Assembly (NCBI GenBank): GCA_000004985.1
Contig: GG738849.1
DNA from: Naegleria gruberi
Lineage: Eukaryota
Reading direction: 5' to 3' (one strand)
DNA: 64,000 nucleotides
This document shows, piece after piece, positions 57,152 to 64,000 of this stretch (positions within the stretch are counted from its first letter, which is position 1; every line of letters starts with the position of its first letter). The notes below the pieces were generated by a model, which was given only the letters and a program-made list of their open reading frames with translations, had not been told where the DNA came from and did not search any database. A program made the translations under genes and the position numbers.

Positions 57152-59296
57152 ATGCTATCAGAACATGTCGCGCCCATGAACTTTTTTATAACCCAGGCAA
57201 GAACTAGAACAGTAGAGACCTTCTTGGAGAACCTTAAAAAAATGTTCAACAACAATGCATTCATTCCGTACGGAGGACAAGCTCCATCATCGAATAATAT
57301 AATTTATAATAGTGGTCCTTATCCAACACAACCAACAATGGATCCTACGGTAAACTATCAACAAGTATCGAATTATGTGTATCCACAATATCCGTATTTT
57401 AACTATGCACAAGTACCAACTACAAGCAATTGGATTCCGAACTCGTATCAGGATCCTAATTTTCAGTACAATGGACAATACCCTCAACAATTTCCTCAAC
57501 ATTATCCTCAACAATTTATTGTACCTAACCAATCAACTGTTCCGATTATCCCTAATCAACAAATAGTTCCGCCTCAACCTCCACAACCAACTTCAAATGT
57601 TGAGCCTCCACAGCCACATATCAAACCTCCTCAACCAAATACAATTGAAAAATCAGAACCAAAGGTTCCAGTGCCTCAACCAACTGTCAAGCCAATAATT
57701 GAACCAAAGCAACCAGTTGTAAAGCCACAACCTGCAAAGCCAATTGATGAATCAAAGCCAATCATAAAACCTCCCCAACCAAAACACCCAATTTCTCAAC
57801 CTGTCATTACATCAATGGTTCAACAAAAACCTGTACCCCTTCCTCAACTAAAGGAACCTTTTACTGATCCAGAATTTCCACCAAATGAAAAATCTCTTGG
57901 TTCCAGTAAGAAGAAAAAGATCAATTTTGGTAAATTTAAAAGATTATCAGAAATATTTGCTAAGCCTCAGTTGGTTGTCGATGGTATTGATGTGTCAGAT
58001 ATATGTCAAGGCTCTTTTGGAGATTGTTGGTTATTGAGCTCATTGGCTACAGTTGCTAGATTTCCACATTATATTGCCCATTTGTTTGTAAATGCAAATA
58101 TCCCTATGGGTCAGTATGTTGTTAGATTATTTTGGAGAAATGAATGGCGTTGCATTGTAGTGGATGACTATGTTCCTGTAGATAAAAATGGCAAGCTAAT
58201 GGTCGTTCACTCAAAGAATGAGAATGAGTTGTGGCCTATTATTGTTGAAAAGGCGATAGCAAAGTTATTAGGAAGTTATGCAAACATTGAAGGAGGTGAG
58301 GGTCCTCTGGGGATGTATTTGTTTACTGGATGCCTTCCTCAATATGAACATATTGTGCAACCGAATTCAAAATCCAGAAATGGAGGCCTTTCATTGCCGG
58401 AAACTTGGCAATGTATTATCAAATCATTTAATGATGGAAATGTTATTGGATTTGGGTCATCTCATAATGAACGTGGAGATGAATATATATCAATAACGGG
58501 AATAGTGGGATCTCATTATTATGCACTTGTGGATGCAATAGAATACAAGGGAAACCAATTGGTGAGATTGAGAAATCCTTGGGGTTCAACTGAATGGAAA
58601 GGTGAGTGGTCAGATTCTTCCAAGCAAATGACTCCACAAGTGAAAAAAGACTTGAACGAACGTGTCACTGAAATGTCCTGCTTGGTACAGCAATTATGTT
58701 GTCACGGTCAACTATTTTGTCGTTCTCAATCTGGTAAAATGAAGAGTGAGGAAGTGAAAAATGATGGCATGTTTTGGATTTCCTTTCAAGATCTTGTTCT
58801 TAGGTTCAATACAATGACCATTGGTCATTTGGTGAATATTGACTATTTATCCAATGAGAGCAATGTTTTTGGGCTTCAATTTAATCATGAACTTCTGCAA
58901 AGAATTCATAAATCATCAACTTATCCTCAAATCAAACAAATCTTCAAGTATGATGCTAAAGACGTGGTAAGAGATGATAAGGTATCTGGGAAATACTTAA
59001 CACAAAGGTTTACACTTTCTATTGATAGAGAATCAAGAGTTATTTTCGCACTGAGGATGATACACAGCGACATGGTGAAGTACAATACTTGTTTACAGCT
59101 GGTTTGTCAGAGTTTGAACATTGTTAGTACAGGTTTATATGTTTTTAACGGAACTACAAGATCTATACCACCAGGAAAGCACCCATTCACAGTTCATTCA
59201 GAGAATAGAGATGGAAAATTTTCTGATATTGAAGTTGTGGTATTTTGGGAAAATAGACAGGCTCATATTGCTATTAGTGAAGACCAACTTAGATAG
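57152..59296 (+). CDS. Calpain paralogue with a Q/P/Y-rich N-terminus, CysPc core and domain-III-like region, single exon
   Basis: 'FTDPEFPPNEKSL...DICQGSFGDCWLLSSLATVA' has the calpain active-site Cys. It is colinear with the 20888..23847 calpain ('YVPV...ELW.I..EKA.AKL.GSY..IEGG', '...LRN(P/T)WG.TEWKG'). Confidence 0.7.
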   Translation: MLSEHVAPMNFFITQARTRTVETFLENLKKMFNNNAFIPYGGQAPSSNNIIYNSGPYPTQPTMDPTVNYQQVSNYVYPQYPYFNYAQVPTTSNWIPNSYQDPNFQYNGQYPQQFPQHYPQQFIVPNQSTVPIIPNQQIVPPQPPQPTSNVEPPQPHIKPPQPNTIEKSEPKVPVPQPTVKPIIEPKQPVVKPQPAKPIDESKPIIKPPQPKHPISQPVITSMVQQKPVPLPQLKEPFTDPEFPPNEKSLGSSKKKKINFGKFKRLSEIFAKPQLVVDGIDVSDICQGSFGDCWLLSSLATVARFPHYIAHLFVNANIPMGQYVVRLFWRNEWRCIVVDDYVPVDKNGKLMVVHSKNENELWPIIVEKAIAKLLGSYANIEGGEGPLGMYLFTGCLPQYEHIVQPNSKSRNGGLSLPETWQCIIKSFNDGNVIGFGSSHNERGDEYISITGIVGSHYYALVDAIEYKGNQLVRLRNPWGSTEWKGEWSDSSKQMTPQVKKDLNERVTEMSCLVQQLCCHGQLFCRSQSGKMKSEEVKNDGMFWISFQDLVLRFNTMTIGHLVNIDYLSNESNVFGLQFNHELLQRIHKSSTYPQIKQIFKYDAKDVVRDDKVSGKYLTQRFTLSIDRESRVIFALRMIHSDMVKYNTCLQLVCQSLNIVSTGLYVFNGTTRSIPPGKHPFTVHSENRDGKFSDIEVVVFWENRQAHIAISEDQLR

Positions 59297-59496
59297 ACAA
59301 CTGGAGAGTAACACTGTGTCATCATCTTCCAAATTTGTACCAATAATCATGTTGTCAATTTACTAAGTTCCGATTTGATGTAGAGTTGATTAATAGCCCT
59401 ATTACAATCAAACAATAAAACAACAATTCATAATGTTTATTATGATATTGAATGTATAATTTCGAGTCTTGTATAATTGTGAAAATCATGGATCTG

Positions 59497-59526
59497 ATAT
59501 TTTCATGTTTTTATTGTTTTTCTCAT
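59497..59526. repeat. Right copy of the direct repeat bracketing the calpain gene
   Basis: The same 24-nt core, 'tcatgtttttattgtttttctcat', as at 57079..57102. Confidence 0.6.
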
Positions 59527-59856
59527 GATGTGGATATTGTCTTCTCACTGAAACATCACGAATAGCATGTCATTCATCCATTCTCTACCAGATAATTATC
59601 TTTTCCAGTAATTTTCACTATTGGATATTTTACTTTTAATATTTGTGATACTTTACTATTATATTCAACAAATAAGGGATGAGAAACATTCATTAGAAGA
59701 AGATAGATTCCCAGTGATATATTCTCCACCAAAAGTCTCTATACAATTTATTACTTCAATATCTGACAAATTAATTGAGATAGAAGGTATTTCATCAACT
59801 CATATCAAAATAGCTGGAGTTGAACTACCTTGAAAAATAATAAATTGTAATTTTAT

Positions 59857-59889
59857 TAGTCTCTAAAATCATAACGACCTTAGAGACTA
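59857..59889. repeat. Perfect 10-bp inverted repeat (hairpin) with a 13-nt loop
   Basis: 'tagtctctaa' (59857-59866) and 'ttagagacta' (59880-59889) are exact reverse complements. Confidence 0.5.
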
Positions 59890-60171
59890 GCTGTTCAACC
59901 ATCTAGTTCTGTTCAGTGTTTGGACGAGTTTGGTTCGGGCTAAGTGGTTGGGACAGCTGTTGCCTTTGGTAGGCAGAAGTGTATTTTTTGTTTTTGATGA
60001 AGGAGTCAGTGGGACGATTGTACCATGATGAATTTTTGTAGCAGTTACTAACATATACTGCGAGAGATTTGTAGATATCTAGGGCCACAGCCTTAGGGAG
60101 TCGTTTGTGATTGGCCCAAATGGACCAATTTTGCTTTGTGCATCGACCGTCATATTCAATGTTAAGGTTTT

Positions 60172-60214
60172 GTTAGGATTCAGAGTTGATTTATTTGGGT
60201 TATTTAAGAGATTA
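60172..60214. repeat. Subtelomeric dispersed 43-bp repeat, copy 1
   Basis: 'gttaggattcagagttgatttatttgggttatttaagagatta' is identical to the copy at 60790..60832. Confidence 0.7.
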
Positions 60215-60789
60215 TGTTTCGATAGTAAACACACAAAATAAAGTTCAACTAATATTTAGACAATTGGGTATTAAAGCTCAGGGGCTGAACCACCTTTAAT
60301 GGTGAAACAGCCTGGAACCTGCTTTGAAGGATGTAAATCTTTATTGAGCAGGTCCCGAGATAATTAAAATTTGTCTGTAAAAAAAAACTTATCAATAGTT
60401 GACCTAAGGATAAGAAAAAAACGTCAGACCAGCGATAAATGTGAATATGAGAAGAAATGTTAGTGAAATAAAGAAAATTTTACAATGTTTCCGAAACATT
60501 GATGAAAACCTCACTCAGAAATTAATCCTTTACCAAAGATTAATGAGCGCAACGGTTTTTGGGAGGGAGTGGTGGGTCCACTCTTTGTTTAGGATGAGAT
60601 GGAGATGATACTGCGTGTTGTTTCCTTTGTGGAGTTCTTGTTATTACCAGACATTTCGAATAATTTTTTGAGCATGGAAAATTTTTAACAACTCGGAATT
60701 GAGGTCGCTTATTAAGCATATCGGAATATTTTCACTTTATTTTGTAATTTACAATCAGAAACAAGTCCATTCCTCATAGGTTGGGGTTG

Positions 60790-60832
60790 GTTAGGATTCA
60801 GAGTTGATTTATTTGGGTTATTTAAGAGATTA
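60790..60832. repeat. Subtelomeric dispersed 43-bp repeat, copy 2
   Basis: Identical to 60172..60214, and both are preceded by a 'ggtt(k)gttagg' lead-in. Confidence 0.7.
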
Positions 60833-60895
60833 CTTAGTGAAGATTCATATCATTGATTATATTTCTTATAATCTATTAATGATGTAAATTAGATG

Positions 60896-60921
60896 GTGTT
60901 GGGTTGGTGGGGTTTGGGTGA
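60896..60921. repeat. Interstitial degenerate telomere-like tract
   Basis: 'gtgttgggttggtggggtttgggtg', built from G2-4T1-3 units about 2.7 kb internal to the terminal array. A weaker copy, 'aggttgggtttggtt', lies at about 61153. Confidence 0.5.
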
Positions 60922-61288
60922 GTTTTATACACTTTCATACAATAGAGTGATATTGAAATGTACCCTTTGATATTTCTGGATGGGTAGTATGATTTAGTGA
61001 TGATTCCGACAATAAAAATCATATATTGTTCATATAATTATCAAGATATTGTATAATTTATTAAATATAAAGTGGGTAATATTGAATATTCTTTGTAGGA
61101 GCGGAAGCACTTATTCTTGTCAGTTGGAGTCAGTATTGTATTAAGGTTGGGTTTGGTTATCGTTTCGTACTCATTGGATCTTCATTATTATTGAAATACA
61201 TAATCAATGATATACATCATTAAATAGGTTACAATCTCAGCTATCCAGTGGGCTATAGATTGTGTATAGTTTCTTATCTAATTATTGA

Positions 61289-62867
61289 NNNNNNNNNNNN
61301 NNNNNNNNNNNNNNNNNNNNNNNNNNNNNNNNNNNNNNNNNNNNNNNNNNNNNNNNNNNNNNNNNNNNNNNNNNNNNNNNNNNNNNNNNNNNNNNNNNNN
61401 NNNNNNNNNNNNNNNNNNNNNNNNNNNNNNNNNNNNNNNNNNNNNNNNNNNNNNNNNNNNNNNNNNNNNNNNNNNNNNNNNNNNNNNNNNNNNNNNNNNN
61501 NNNNNNNNNNNNNNNNNNNNNNNNNNNNNNNNNNNNNNNNNNNNNNNNNNNNNNNNNNNNNNNNNNNNNNNNNNNNNNNNNNNNNNNNNNNNNNNNNNNN
61601 NNNNNNNNNNNNNNNNNNNNNNNNNNNNNNNNNNNNNNNNNNNNNNNNNNNNNNNNNNNNNNNNNNNNNNNNNNNNNNNNNNNNNNNNNNNNNNNNNNNN
61701 NNNNNNNNNNNNNNNNNNNNNNNNNNNNNNNNNNNNNNNNNNNNNNNNNNNNNNNNNNNNNNNNNNNNNNNNNNNNNNNNNNNNNNNNNNNNNNNNNNNN
61801 NNNNNNNNNNNNNNNNNNNNNNNNNNNNNNNNNNNNNNNNNNNNNNNNNNNNNNNNNNNNNNNNNNNNNNNNNNNNNNNNNNNNNNNNNNNNNNNNNNNN
61901 NNNNNNNNNNNNNNNNNNNNNNNNNNNNNNNNNNNNNNNNNNNNNNNNNNNNNNNNNNNNNNNNNNNNNNNNNNNNNNNNNNNNNNNNNNNNNNNNNNNN
62001 NNNNNNNNNNNNNNNNNNNNNNNNNNNNNNNNNNNNNNNNNNNNNNNNNNNNNNNNNNNNNNNNNNNNNNNNNNNNNNNNNNNNNNNNNNNNNNNNNNNN
62101 NNNNNNNNNNNNNNNNNNNNNNNNNNNNNNNNNNNNNNNNNNNNNNNNNNNNNNNNNNNNNNNNNNNNNNNNNNNNNNNNNNNNNNNNNNNNNNNNNNNN
62201 NNNNNNNNNNNNNNNNNNNNNNNNNNNNNNNNNNNNNNNNNNNNNNNNNNNNNNNNNNNNNNNNNNNNNNNNNNNNNNNNNNNNNNNNNNNNNNNNNNNN
62301 NNNNNNNNNNNNNNNNNNNNNNNNNNNNNNNNNNNNNNNNNNNNNNNNNNNNNNNNNNNNNNNNNNNNNNNNNNNNNNNNNNNNNNNNNNNNNNNNNNNN
62401 NNNNNNNNNNNNNNNNNNNNNNNNNNNNNNNNNNNNNNNNNNNNNNNNNNNNNNNNNNNNNNNNNNNNNNNNNNNNNNNNNNNNNNNNNNNNNNNNNNNN
62501 NNNNNNNNNNNNNNNNNNNNNNNNNNNNNNNNNNNNNNNNNNNNNNNNNNNNNNNNNNNNNNNNNNNNNNNNNNNNNNNNNNNNNNNNNNNNNNNNNNNN
62601 NNNNNNNNNNNNNNNNNNNNNNNNNNNNNNNNNNNNNNNNNNNNNNNNNNNNNNNNNNNNNNNNNNNNNNNNNNNNNNNNNNNNNNNNNNNNNNNNNNNN
62701 NNNNNNNNNNNNNNNNNNNNNNNNNNNNNNNNNNNNNNNNNNNNNNNNNNNNNNNNNNNNNNNNNNNNNNNNNNNNNNNNNNNNNNNNNNNNNNNNNNNN
62801 NNNNNNNNNNNNNNNNNNNNNNNNNNNNNNNNNNNNNNNNNNNNNNNNNNNNNNNNNNNNNNNNNNN
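61289..62867. other. Assembly gap, a run of 1579 N
   Basis: The N run is contiguous. ORF-track entries across it, translated as X, are artefacts. Confidence 0.95.
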
Positions 62868-63510
62868 TACTCATCGAATGGAGCATGTTCTTATGTATAT
62901 TGTTGGTTGAAGTGATGTATTTGATAGAGTAGGTCTGACTTGTCTTTCCTTAATCAACTTTGTAAAGTCAACATTTACATTCCCATGGTACCATTTCTGA
63001 TTACTAGGACATGAAATTAAATTCTATATCATTATAGATCATCTACATTATGATGGTAAAGTTTCAATAGGTGGTCCTTTTTCCAGATTTCCACATATTC
63101 ATACAAGTTCATACAAGTTGACCCTATGATGGTTGAGGGAAGAAATCTTTAAATATGAAAGTTAAAATAAATTTGATATTCGATGTTTACTCATCAAATG
63201 GAACATTTTCATGTCAGGATTCAATATGTTTTCATGAGAAACTCAAAAGTTATTGTTGACCTATTGTACCTCACAACTTCCCTTTTCACTTGATACTATA
63301 CTTTTATACCTACAGACATGAACTATTGAAATTTCATATGAAAGTGATTATAAATGTTGTTAATGATGATATAAACTATATAATCTCATTAAAGGATTTT
63401 GAAATTATCATTCTTCCTATGGTTTCATTTTATAATTTTTAATCTGACATTATTTACAAAGTTAATATTTTATAAATTGAAAAACTAAATATAATACATT
63501 GTTCTACTCA
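62868..63510. repeat. Degenerate subtelomeric repeat with a period of about 320 bp, covering at least two units
   Basis: 'tactcatcgaatggagcatgttcttatgtat' (62868..) matches 'tactcatcaaatggaacattttcatgtcagg' (63189..) imperfectly. A third partial copy, 'tactcatcatttacaatcgaatg', lies near 63503. Confidence 0.4.
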
Positions 63511-63615
63511 TCATTTACAATCGAATGTATAATATTCAATAATTTGGGCTAGGGTTTGAACTTTGAAACATTGGGTCTGGTATTTCAATTTTAGGTTCAA
63601 AGGTTTAGATTTTTA

Positions 63616-64000
63616 GGTTTGGGTTTGGGTTTGGGTTTGGGTTTGGGTTTGGGTTTGGGTTTGGGTTTGGGTTTGGGTTTGGGTTTGGGTTTGGGTTTGG
63701 GTTTGGGTTTGGGTTTGGGTTTGGGTTTGGGTTTGGGTTTGGGTTTGGGTTTGGGTTTGGGTTTGGGTTTGGGTTTGGGTTTGGGTTTGGGTTTGGGTTT
63801 GGGTTTGGGTTTGGGTTTGGGTTTGGGTTTGGGTTTGGGTTTGGGTTTGGGTTTGGGTTTGGGTTTGGGTTTGGGTTTGGGTTTGGGTTTGGGTTTGGGT
63901 TTGGGTTTGGGTTTGGGTTTGGGTTTGGGTTTGGGTTTGGGTTTGGGTTTGGGTTTGGGTTTGGGTTTGGGTTTGGGTTTGGGTTTGGGTTTGGGTTTGG
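63616..64000 (+). repeat. Terminal telomere-type array (GGGTTT)n of about 64 perfect units, with the G-rich strand running 5'->3' toward the end. It is truncated by the window edge.
   Basis: A perfect hexamer array from 63616 to the last base. A degenerate transition, 'gggctagggtttgaac...ggtttagatttttaggtttggg', precedes it at 63548..63615. Confidence 0.9.

Noticed and set aside
59621-59833. A 70-aa ORF near the subtelomere as a gene
   Set aside because: It has no homology signal and sits in repeat-rich subtelomeric DNA, so I did not list it as a feature.
61248-62915. Three long ORFs translated as runs of X
   Set aside because: They are artefacts of the 1579-nt N gap (61289..62867), not genes.
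63616-64000. A T3G3 telomere repeat suggested a ciliate (Paramecium-like) origin
   Set aside because: Dozens of long ORFs, up to 2300 codons, are open in the standard code with no in-frame TAA or TAG. A ciliate nuclear code would scatter those codons through genes. The gene content (Tup1, IP3R, folliculin, BPI) and poly-N proteins fit Amoebozoa better.
1-64000. Searched for CRISPR arrays, prokaryotic operons, defence islands, and rRNA or tRNA genes
   Set aside because: I found no short regularly spaced direct repeats, no Shine-Dalgarno-spaced operons, and no tRNA-like GGTTCGANTCC T-arm motifs. The sequence is eukaryotic with spliceosomal introns.

Overview
This window is eukaryotic and looks like the gene-dense end of a chromosome, not a prokaryotic locus. 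The DNA is AT-rich (roughly two thirds A+T) with long ORFs in the standard genetic code. Introns are short (about 45-160 bp) with GTAAGT/GTATGT/GTTTGT...(Y)AG boundaries, and many proteins carry poly-N/Q/S tracts. The gene content (IP3 receptor, Tup1, folliculin, kynureninase, calpains, Patched-like RND protein) fits an amoebozoan, dictyostelid-like genome. I cannot name the species without a database search. I support about 27 protein-coding genes, and several of them are assembled by joining fragments that the ORF track lists separately. The right end runs from a subtelomeric calpain paralogue through dispersed short repeats and a 1579-nt assembly gap (N run) into a degenerate ~320-bp repeat. 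It terminates in a perfect (GGGTTT)n telomere-type array that continues past the window edge. No CRISPR arrays, rRNA, tRNA or bacterial defence or mobile systems are visible. The most unusual items are a RING-YEATS fusion protein and a 1200-aa protein with two degenerate G-alpha-like domains in tandem. Others are a tandem pair of paralogous 7TM receptor-like genes, an SPFH-like protein with internal beta-repeats, a highly acidic protein with about 14 LPPLMDTD repeats, and a subtelomeric calpain bracketed by a 24-30-bp direct repeat.
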